The notes: generated from the sequence alone by a model not told the origin. A stretch of 64,000 nt of DNA from Chloroflexota bacterium (GCA_002746795.1 PDQY01000100.1:29-64028); one strand, 5' to 3'. Counted from the first letter of the stretch, positions 56,784 through 64,000 are shown. Program-made: numbers and translations.

Positions 56784-58229
56784 ATGGCGGAAAAGTTAAT
56801 CATCATTGGTGGCGTTGCGGCGGGAATGAGTGCCGCCGCGAAGGCACGACGAGTCAATCCCGATTTGGAGATTGTGGTTTATGAGCAGTCGGGCTACATC
56901 AGCTATGGCGCTTGTGGATTCCCCTACTTCATCAAGGGTGATATTCCTGCCGTTGATGATTTGATTTCGCGTACCCCAGCGCAAATGGCAAAACAAGGGA
57001 TTACGGCGTTGGTTCACCATGAAGTGACAGCTATCCATCCTGCCCAGCAAACAGTGCGTGTTTTGAATCACAAGACGGGAGCCGAATTCACAGATCGGTG
57101 GCACAAATTGATTTTGGCAACAGGTGCCAGAGTGACAAAGCCGCCCATTCCCGGGATCCAACTGCCGGGTGTATTTACGCTGCGCACGGTTGAAGATGCT
57201 GTGGCAATACGGAAGTGGCTGGTTGAGGAAAAACCGAAGCAGGGTGTTATTGTCGGCGCGGGTTATATCGGCCTGGAGATGGCGGAAGCGCTGCGTGCCC
57301 ACGGGGTGGATGTCACGATTGTCGATATGGCAGCACAGGTGATGCCAACGCTAGATGCTGACATGGCTGAGTTTGTGCGCGATGAATTAGCAGCAAATGG
57401 TGTGAAGATTTGTTTGCAGCAGCCTGTAAAGTCATTTGTGGGACCGGCGCAAGTAGAAGATGTGGTGCGGCAGGTGACAACCCACGTGCAAAACCATGGC
57501 GACACGCTCAGCAGCCACAAGCTTAACGGCCGTTTTCGCATCCGTGAAGTGGTGACCCCAAACCATGTGTTCCCTGCTGACATCGTGATCTTTGGAGTAG
57601 GCAGCCGACCCAATACAGCCATAGCGGAAGCGGCGGGCATACGCCTCGGTACTACAGGTGCTGTGGCGGTAGATGTGGAACAGCGAACCAGCATACCACA
57701 CATTTGGGCGGCAGGGGCGGTTGCGGAAGTTTTCCATCTGCCATTGCAAACTCACACGTATATCCCGCTGGCGCTAACGGCGAACAAGCAAGGGCGAATT
57801 GCAGGCAACAACGCAGCAGGAGGAGCTGTGGTTCGATTTGGCGGCGTGGTGGGAACGGCCGTTGTCAAAGCCTTCGATCTCACCATTGCCCATGCCGGTC
57901 TCACAGAAAAATATGCAGCGATGCATGGCCTGGAAGCGGAGAGCGTCTTGATCAAAGCTTCATCTCGCGCTCACTACATGCCAGGCAGCGAGCCGATTCA
58001 TGTCAAGCTCGTTTACGAGAAGAACACACAGCGGCTTTTAGGGGCACAGATGATCGGCAAAGATGGCGTGGCAAAACGTATCGATGTCGTTGCGGCGGCT
58101 CTCAAATCGGCCTGGACTGTGCGTGACATCGCCAACCTTGATTTGGCGTATGCGCCGCCGTTTGCCCCCGTCTGGGATCCGCTTCTCGTCGCTGCAAATG
58201 TGGCTTTGCGTCAGGCAAAGTCGCCATGA
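56784..58229 (+). CDS. FAD-dependent pyridine-nucleotide-disulfide oxidoreductase (CoA-disulfide reductase / NADH oxidase family)
   Basis: IIGGVAAGMSAAAKARR, single redox-Cys segment ISYGACGFPYF, second Rossmann fold VIVGAGYIGLEMAE. Confidence 0.75.
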   Translation: MAEKLIIIGGVAAGMSAAAKARRVNPDLEIVVYEQSGYISYGACGFPYFIKGDIPAVDDLISRTPAQMAKQGITALVHHEVTAIHPAQQTVRVLNHKTGAEFTDRWHKLILATGARVTKPPIPGIQLPGVFTLRTVEDAVAIRKWLVEEKPKQGVIVGAGYIGLEMAEALRAHGVDVTIVDMAAQVMPTLDADMAEFVRDELAANGVKICLQQPVKSFVGPAQVEDVVRQVTTHVQNHGDTLSSHKLNGRFRIREVVTPNHVFPADIVIFGVGSRPNTAIAEAAGIRLGTTGAVAVDVEQRTSIPHIWAAGAVAEVFHLPLQTHTYIPLALTANKQGRIAGNNAAGGAVVRFGGVVGTAVVKAFDLTIAHAGLTEKYAAMHGLEAESVLIKASSRAHYMPGSEPIHVKLVYEKNTQRLLGAQMIGKDGVAKRIDVVAAALKSAWTVRDIANLDLAYAPPFAPVWDPLLVAANVALRQAKSP

Positions 58230-58303
58230 TTTTTATAACTGCGGAGATACAGGGAACGTGGCGCGTTGTCTGGTTTCCTCTGCGGTAAAAAAAGGGGGTT
58301 CCC

Positions 58304-59737
58304 ATGTTTAACGCATCCTCGAAACCATTTGCCGCGAAAACGCCAGGGACCATTGACCTGGAGATTTCAGACCCTGTCTTGATGCTCAATGAAATTGCCA
58401 AGCGGTATGAAACGACCGAACGGGTCTTGATGGAGTATGTGGACAATGCCTTGGATGACGCTGAGGCTTTGTTTCGTGAAGGCGGACAGGCGTATCCATA
58501 CCCCATTCGCCTTGACATCACCATTGACCGCGCCCGCCGCGCGGTCTCCATCCAAGATAACTGCCGGGGGATGACGCGAAGAACATTGGAGCGCGTGGTG
58601 AGCCATATTGGTGAATCTCAAAAGCGGGGACAAACATGGGTAAACGGCCGTTTCGGTTTTGGTGTTCACGCCTTCAGAGCTGCGGCCACGTCAGTCAGCT
58701 TCCAAACCAGGCACGAACTTAGCTCGCACCACACCTTGACTGTGCCGCGCGACCAGCACCGTGGCATCAAAGAAGCCAAACGAGTTGATGCGCCGTTTCC
58801 CACCGACCGTGGTACCGGCTGCATCGTGACGGTGGCTGGTTTTGCCTCGGATTGGTTTCAGTCAGTAACGGTTGGCTCCATTCGTGCGGAAATTGAGCAT
58901 CATTTTGAGCGGCTCATAGCTCGACCAAACCTACACATCGCCGTCCATGAGCCAAATCAACCATCCCAGGTTTGCATGGCATTTGACTATGCCGCCATCG
59001 ACGGCATTTCTATCCAGCACGTTTTACATGTGAATTATAAAGATGGTGATTTTCCGGTGGTAGTCTATTGCAAAATCGCAGCAGAGCCCCCGGCAAAGCG
59101 TCCGGTTAGCTTTTTTGCTCGGGATCGCCGCATTGGGGATGTAGCGGAAATCAAATCATTCATGCGGAAATCACGGCACAAGACCAGCGTGTGGAGCCAT
59201 CCCAACTTGTTGGGCTATATCGAAGTAGGGAATTTGGTGCAGCCCATCATCAATCGAGATGATTTTGTGCGCAGCCGCAGCCGCACGCTGCTTTATGAGA
59301 CGTTGCTGCCCATTGAGGCGGAAATCAAGAAAAAGCTGCAAGGGGTCAATGAGCAACAGCGCGAGCAAACATTTGGTCAATTTGAAGAAGTGGTGCAGCA
59401 AGCATTAGCTGAAGTGGTGGCCGATTCTAATTTAGATGTAGCGTTTGTCACCGGCGGGGAAGAGAGACGAGTGACAGTGGAAAACGGCCGTTTAGCCATC
59501 AACACCATGCATCCAGATTTTCAAGCCAGATTACGCATCACGCGCCAAGGCAATCCCCGCCCATCTGATCGTTTGTATGCTTACCTGGCCAGTATTTTGT
59601 CGGTGTATGGCATCAGCCAACAAACAGCTCACACCAAGAAGCTAAACCCAGAAACCAAGATTGACCTTCAAATTGAAATGATGTTAGCTTTGGAAATGCA
59701 GCTGCGGCAATTGCAGAAAAAAGCGCAAAGAGGATAG
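58304..59737 (+). CDS. GHKL-superfamily ATPase (Hsp90/MORC-like HATPase_c_3 type), function unknown
   Basis: Bergerat-fold motifs in order: LMEYVDNALDDAE (N box), SIQDNCRGMT (G1) and NGRFGFGVHAF (G2). C-terminal helical region. No obvious partner gene. Confidence 0.6.
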   Translation: MFNASSKPFAAKTPGTIDLEISDPVLMLNEIAKRYETTERVLMEYVDNALDDAEALFREGGQAYPYPIRLDITIDRARRAVSIQDNCRGMTRRTLERVVSHIGESQKRGQTWVNGRFGFGVHAFRAAATSVSFQTRHELSSHHTLTVPRDQHRGIKEAKRVDAPFPTDRGTGCIVTVAGFASDWFQSVTVGSIRAEIEHHFERLIARPNLHIAVHEPNQPSQVCMAFDYAAIDGISIQHVLHVNYKDGDFPVVVYCKIAAEPPAKRPVSFFARDRRIGDVAEIKSFMRKSRHKTSVWSHPNLLGYIEVGNLVQPIINRDDFVRSRSRTLLYETLLPIEAEIKKKLQGVNEQQREQTFGQFEEVVQQALAEVVADSNLDVAFVTGGEERRVTVENGRLAINTMHPDFQARLRITRQGNPRPSDRLYAYLASILSVYGISQQTAHTKKLNPETKIDLQIEMMLALEMQLRQLQKKAQRG

Positions 59738-59774
59738 ACCGGCGCCCTCTTCATTGGGTGGAGGTAAAGCTGTG

Positions 59775-61400
59775 CTAAACGGTGACGTTTTTTTTCTTTT
59801 GGCGATATGTGGCGGGAGTCATGCCTGTATGTTTTTGGAAATGGCGGTAAAAGTTGGTGGTGTTCGGGTAACCCACCATTTCTGAGATACTAGCAACGCT
59901 CTTATCCGTGGTGCGCAGCAGCTTTTTCGCATTGTCCATGCGTATCGCCGTTAAATACTTAACATAACTAGTGCCAGTTCGTGACTTGAACTGCGAACTC
60001 AAATGAGATTGGCTCAAATTCACTTCATCTGCGACTTGCTGTAGTGAAATATTTGACCTTTGATAATTTTCCTGGATGTAGGTAATCGCCAATTGAATGG
60101 GATCCTGGCGTTGTGAACGAGCTGGCACGAGCGCCATCAGTTCTGTCAGGCTATTGAGTGTCCACGCGCGCAGATCAGGCACCGTTTTCCAAGAACTCAG
60201 AACCCGCACTTGTTGGTGCAGCAGCGCCAGCACAGTTGGCTCATTCGTGCCCGCGCCAATGACACCCCAGGCCACCAGCGTTACCAGCTCTGCACAATGG
60301 TTGCGCATGACATCTGGCCGTGTGTAATATCGCTGGGAAAGGTAATCGACTATTTCGTTGATAAGCCGCTGCGCTTTCTTCATCTGGTTAGACTCCACAA
60401 CTTGCACCAGTTCACGCTCTTTTTGCACCAGATAACGGGCGCTACTCTCTCCTTGCGGCTGTTCTTCGACGGTATCACTCAAGTCAACGACACGATTACC
60501 TGGCGAACGGCTGTGGTAACGCCGAGCCAAGTTTGCTTCTGCGTAGGAAAGGGGAATCGATTCATACCCCATGTAGCGTTTGCCCATACCAATGGTGACG
60601 GTAAAAGGCAGGTTATCAGCGATGGTCTGACGCAGTTGCTCACAAAATGTGCGAATTTGGTCTGGTTTTGCCAACGATTGTTCCGTTGAGACGATAGCGA
60701 CGACACGGCCTGGGTTGCTGTATCCCACCAGCGCTCTATTTGCATCAGGAAGCTGCCTGCGAATCAACTGAGCCAGATCGGCATACACTTGTTTTGGCGC
60801 TACTTGAGGATAGGTTTGCGTGAATTGATCAAAGTTATCAATTTTGGTCACAAGGACAACAGGCCACACCAACCGCTTGCCCAAATAACCGAGTGATTCA
60901 TCGACTGTCGAACCTTCTGGGTTAGTGCCTCGAATGAGATTTTCCACGAGATTGGTCTCAATGACAGGCATTGTTTTTTGCAAGGAATCTTTGACGATTT
61001 CTACGGTGCGCATCTCACGTTTTTCAGTCTGGATTTCCTGACGGATTTCAGCCAGCAGCTGCAATAGTTTTTGAGGACGAACTGGTTTCAAAATGTAATC
61101 ACGAGCGCCCAGTTTAAGTGCTCTTTGGACGTAGGCAAATTCGTTGTAAGCTGTGAGCATGACGATTTTAACATCAGGCTGTTCTTGCTGGATGATGCTA
61201 GTGGCTTGCAGCCCAGTCAGCCCAGGCATTTTGATGTCCATCAGGATGATGTCTGGCTTGTGATTGCGTGCCAGGGAAACAGCTTCCTCCCCATTGGCAG
61301 CTTCTAAGACGGGAGAAAAAAGATCTTTTTGTTGAGAGATGATGCGGGTCAAAGTGGACCGGATTACCGGCATATCATCAACAAGTAAAATGCTAGTCAT
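59775..61400 (-). CDS. response regulator with AraC-type HTH output (YesN-like)
   Basis: Receiver domain ILLVDDMPVIR..DIILMDIKMPGLTG. C-terminal AraC HTH ISEMVGYPNTTNFYRHFQKHTGMTPATYR. Confidence 0.85.
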   Translation of the reverse strand: MTSILLVDDMPVIRSTLTRIISQQKDLFSPVLEAANGEEAVSLARNHKPDIILMDIKMPGLTGLQATSIIQQEQPDVKIVMLTAYNEFAYVQRALKLGARDYILKPVRPQKLLQLLAEIRQEIQTEKREMRTVEIVKDSLQKTMPVIETNLVENLIRGTNPEGSTVDESLGYLGKRLVWPVVLVTKIDNFDQFTQTYPQVAPKQVYADLAQLIRRQLPDANRALVGYSNPGRVVAIVSTEQSLAKPDQIRTFCEQLRQTIADNLPFTVTIGMGKRYMGYESIPLSYAEANLARRYHSRSPGNRVVDLSDTVEEQPQGESSARYLVQKERELVQVVESNQMKKAQRLINEIVDYLSQRYYTRPDVMRNHCAELVTLVAWGVIGAGTNEPTVLALLHQQVRVLSSWKTVPDLRAWTLNSLTELMALVPARSQRQDPIQLAITYIQENYQRSNISLQQVADEVNLSQSHLSSQFKSRTGTSYVKYLTAIRMDNAKKLLRTTDKSVASISEMVGYPNTTNFYRHFQKHTGMTPATYRQKKKNVTV

Positions 61401-61409
61401 ATCTGTTTC

Positions 61410-61507
61410 TTAAGGACTAACGATGACATAAATAGGGATTTGCATCGTCAGTCTCAAGGAACGGTAAGGAAACGACTTGGTCGTATGATCGAATTCCCGT
61501 TCCTAAG
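61410..61507 (+). repeat. SIR, A-type, full copy
   Basis: CTTAAGGACTAACGATGACATAAATAGGGATTTGCATCGTCAGTCTCAAGGAACGGTAAGGAAACGACTTGGTCGTATGATCGAATTCCCGTTCCTAAG, lying between the kinase stop and the regulator start. Confidence 0.8.
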
Positions 61508-61580
61508 CGTCACCGCTCAGACTTGACTGGCTTCTCCTAGAGGGATGGCCTGTGGGTCTTGCGGGACTGAACGTTTATTT

Positions 61581-62942
61581 TTAGCCTAGTGGTGTTAAGA
61601 GTTTGTTATCATGGTTTACTGGGGTGGTTTTGTTGATTTGAATGTGGGACAGGTTGATTTGATTGCCCAATGTTTGTGAGATAGCGGATTCTCTCTCTGC
61701 CTCCCCATTGATACTAGACTCTGATTCTGAATCTAAATCAATGTTAAGGCGCAAGCGGGTGCCGAGGTTAGCGAAGCTGGTAACATGACAGCTAAACTGG
61801 CTGCCATATTCACTTTGTAGTCGTTGAAAGACATTATGAATGCCCAAAGATTGACCATCATCCTCAAAATGCCCAGATTCGATGGTTTCAACAACATCTG
61901 GCGGCATACCAACACCATCATCATGAACTTCGAGTGTTAAACGGCCGTTTTCCTGGTAGGCGTTGACGGTAATCGTGACAGGACGCATCAATGGTTCTGC
62001 TCCATGAATAACTGCGTTTTCCACAAGTGGTTGCAAGACCATGCAAGGAATTTCAAAGTGAGCCAGACCAGGCGCTAAATTGATCACCTTGTTCAAGCGA
62101 TCTCCAAATCGAATTTTTTGAATTGTCAGGTATTGATCAATCATCTCAATTTCTTCACCCAGTTCTACAACAGAAGACATATTGCGCAAGCTGTATCGTA
62201 ACAAATCGCTGAGGGTATAGGCAATCTCTTCAGTCCGTGGTGCGCCTTCTTCCAGCGCAGTATATCCAAGCAAAGTCAACGAGTTGAAGAGAAAATGAGG
62301 ATTGATTTGTGCTTTTAAGGCCTTAATTTGGGTTTCTTGCAAAGCAGCTTGCAGGGCAGCGCGTTCCTGGGCTTCTTTTAAGAGTTGTTTTTGAGCCATG
62401 TTGGCGGCGCTATTTTGCATGATGTTATTCGCTGTCAGGGATAACATCTCTACAGCAGACTCAAACCGTTCACGGGAGAGCGGCTCCATCTTGCGTACTT
62501 CTGCTTCAAATGCTTCTGCCGGCAGGCCAAGGGGAAGATTTCGTTCCACAATGTCTTGAATGAACGCTTCTCTTTCATCAGTGGGAATCACTTGCCCACA
62601 CAATATACAGCCCACGTATTCACCATCAATGATGATCGGGGCAGCGGCATCTAATAAGCCACCAGCACATTTGTAAGCGTAGGGCTTTTCAAGTTCATGG
62701 GCAATACGTCCCCCCTCAGCATCACACCGCTGGCAGCGTGCTAATCCAGTTTTAGTGGATCGGATCATATTACACACGGTGCAAAAGTTACTGGCTTCGG
62801 TAATGGTTTTGCCATTGCAATCTACTGTCACGGCAGCCACGCCCATGGCTTCAGCAAAGGAGTCTTGGAGTTGTTGGAGCAATTTGAGGTCGATGAGATC
62901 TGCGATCAGAATATTGGTTTCTTGTTCTTGCGGGTTTTTCAT
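61581..62942 (-). CDS. PocR-domain sensor histidine kinase (YesM/LytS-type His_kinase + HATPase)
   Basis: N-terminal PocR sensory domain LQQLQDSFAEAMGVAAVTVDCNGKTITEASNFCTVC...CQRCD. H-box region QINPHFLFNSL. HATPase ENAVIHG..DDGVGM. Confidence 0.85.
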   Translation of the reverse strand: MKNPQEQETNILIADLIDLKLLQQLQDSFAEAMGVAAVTVDCNGKTITEASNFCTVCNMIRSTKTGLARCQRCDAEGGRIAHELEKPYAYKCAGGLLDAAAPIIIDGEYVGCILCGQVIPTDEREAFIQDIVERNLPLGLPAEAFEAEVRKMEPLSRERFESAVEMLSLTANNIMQNSAANMAQKQLLKEAQERAALQAALQETQIKALKAQINPHFLFNSLTLLGYTALEEGAPRTEEIAYTLSDLLRYSLRNMSSVVELGEEIEMIDQYLTIQKIRFGDRLNKVINLAPGLAHFEIPCMVLQPLVENAVIHGAEPLMRPVTITVNAYQENGRLTLEVHDDGVGMPPDVVETIESGHFEDDGQSLGIHNVFQRLQSEYGSQFSCHVTSFANLGTRLRLNIDLDSESESSINGEAERESAISQTLGNQINLSHIQINKTTPVNHDNKLLTPLG

Positions 62943-63009
62943 GCGAGCCTCTTCCTGAAACGCGTCATCCGCTTAAAGCACATCCTTCCGCGAGGAATAT
63001 CACTTGCTT

Positions 63010-63250
63010 TTCAGAAAGGGGATCTGGCTTAGTCGTAGGCGTACGGGCGCATCCATCAATAAGTGATGGAATTGATAGATGCGCTTCAAGTGACCTTTCC
63101 CCAGGAAAAACGGAGATTCGTTTTTAGACGGTCACTAAGAAACGGCCATTTAGTAAATCGTAATTTACTCGACTTCACAGTTGCGGGACAGCGCCGGTAT
63201 TTTTGCCGCAGAGCAAAGCACCGGACTTCACCCTTTATTACCAATGGCTA
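63010..63250 (-). promoter_or_regulatory. cobalamin-riboswitch-like leader interrupted by a SIR-B repeat
   Basis: The minus strand reads GGTAATAAAGGGTGAAGTCCGGTG..ACCGGCGCTGTCCCGCAACTGTGAAGTCGAG, then about 125 nt, then ACGACTAAGCCAGATCCCCTTTCTG. The 21-nt core 63177-63197 is identical to 34093-34113. Confidence 0.55.
63047..63139 (+). repeat. SIR, B-type, inside the riboswitch-like leader
   Basis: GCGCATCCATCAATAAGTGATGGAATTGATAGATGCGCTTCAAGTGACCTTTCCCCAGGAAAAACGGAGATTCGTTTTTAGACGGTCACTAAG. Confidence 0.8.
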
Positions 63251-63537
63251 ACAAATAATGCCATCAGCGAATGTTCAATTACTTGCCATTATAAATGATC
63301 ATGATTGATTAAGACAATATTATCTTGATATGTTGATATTTGCTGCCTGCCGCCACCGTTCATGCCGCATACAGGCTGAATGGCGGGGATGTGTATCGGG
63401 AACAGGAATTGGCGGTTAAGAAATGAGTAAGAGTTGCCCTACGATAACGGCCGTTCTTTTGGTCATCTGCCCGTTTTAGCTATAATGCCCGACGTAGTTC
63501 GTAACACGGAGAAAACCCTAGACGCCTGGGAGGATAG

Positions 63538-64000
63538 ATGACAGGAAAGAAAAAGATGATGCTATTGATGCTATTCTTGGTGGGAACGGCCGTTGTGCTG
63601 CTCTTGCTGGCCACCCCCATGATGCTCAAAGCAATCCCGCCCCGCTACCTGTCCCGCTTACCCCAGCCCATTCAAGACCTGCGTACCCCCAAACAAGAAG
63701 TCGCCATTCTCCCCACCGTAGCTGTCCCCGCAGACCTGACCATTTTGTTCACGCCCACACCCACGGCCACAAAAATGCTGCCGCCAACCAACACATCGGT
63801 GCCAGCACCCCAAGAATATACGCCTACACCGCCGCCAACCTCCACCTCCATACCACCAACCTTCACCCCTATTCCGCCCAGCGCCACACCGGTGTCTATT
63901 CCCAACCAGGCCAGGCTAGAAGGCATCTCCCACATGTTCCAGGAATGGAACAACTGCGGCCCAGCCACCTTAGCCATGACCCTCACCTATTTTGACATCC
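63538..64000 (+). CDS. C39-like peptidase domain protein (N-terminal part; continues beyond window)
   Basis: My own translation; the track omits it because it is open at the window edge. ATG 63538 follows GGGAGGA. MTGKKKMMLLMLFLVGTAVVLLLLA TM helix, PT-rich linker, then FQEWNNCGPATLAMTLTYF (catalytic Cys box of the peptidase_C39-like family). Confidence 0.6.
   Translation, partial: MTGKKKMMLLMLFLVGTAVVLLLLATPMMLKAIPPRYLSRLPQPIQDLRTPKQEVAILPTVAVPADLTILFTPTPTATKMLPPTNTSVPAPQEYTPTPPPTSTSIPPTFTPIPPSATPVSIPNQARLEGISHMFQEWNNCGPATLAMTLTYFDI

Noticed and set aside
63672-63986. A 104-aa minus-strand ORF rich in Gly/Val at the window end.
   Set aside because: It is the antisense shadow of the PT-rich linker of the + strand C39-like peptidase. 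That gene has an RBS, a TM helix and the catalytic NNCGPATLAM box.
1-64000. I looked for prophage, IS or transposon genes, integrases, cas genes, toxin-antitoxin pairs, and rRNA, tRNA or tmRNA genes.
   Set aside because: I could recognise none in the ORF translations or in the longer spacers (16605-17005, 17570-17924, 22054-22502, 23307-23647). The only mobile-looking elements are the non-coding SIR repeats.

Overview
The window is about 50% GC, densely coded, and looks chromosomal. I found no rRNA, tRNA, CRISPR array, transposase or integrase. The gene style (FHA/TPR Ser/Thr kinases, PT-rich linkers, a fused crtYc/Yd cyclase, highly structured spacers) suggests a filamentous Chloroflexota-like bacterium. 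That assignment is inference only.

Content from left to right:
- 0.9-8.4 kb: folE2 and a carotenoid cluster (crtB <> crtI, P450, GT2, fused lycopene cyclase).
- 8.5-22 kb: a giant FHA Ser/Thr kinase, housekeeping genes (ltaE, rdgB, yceD, obg, nadD), and two tandem ParB-like/universal-stress paralogs.
- 22.5-32.7 kb: a secreted hypothetical protein, an OmpR/HK pair, a TPR kinase, miaA, yraN, GT4, a CinA-like protein and a cNMP-binding protein.
- 32.9-63.3 kb: a complete B12-dependent 1,2-propanediol/glycerol microcompartment (pdu) regulon. On the minus strand it reads pduU-V-A-B-C-D-E-G-H-(K-like)-L-flavoprotein-N-O-P-S-T, then gldA and prpE, then a cobalamin riboswitch and pduX. A divergent plus-strand operon carries a Zn-ADH, ackA/pduW, eutJ and a CoA-disulfide-reductase-like gene, followed by a GHKL ATPase. 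A PocR-type histidine kinase and AraC-type response regulator sit behind a second, interrupted cobalamin-riboswitch-like leader.
- 63.5 kb to the end: a partial C39-like peptidase.

Most unusual signals:
1. The 10-bp palindrome AACGGCCGTT occurs at least 43 times, against about 0.06 expected. It lies in genes of both strands, in all three frames, and in spacers, so it behaves like a HIP-type element.
2. A modular family of roughly 55-105-bp multi-hairpin intergenic repeats has nine copies. One copy sits inside the riboswitch-like leader of the pdu regulator.
3. A conserved leader with an expandable array of GTGC/GCAC palindromes is shared by pduC and ackA.
4. Encapsulation-peptide-like helices occur on atypical cargo: the C-termini of the Zn-ADH and PduH, and the N-terminus of the flavoprotein.
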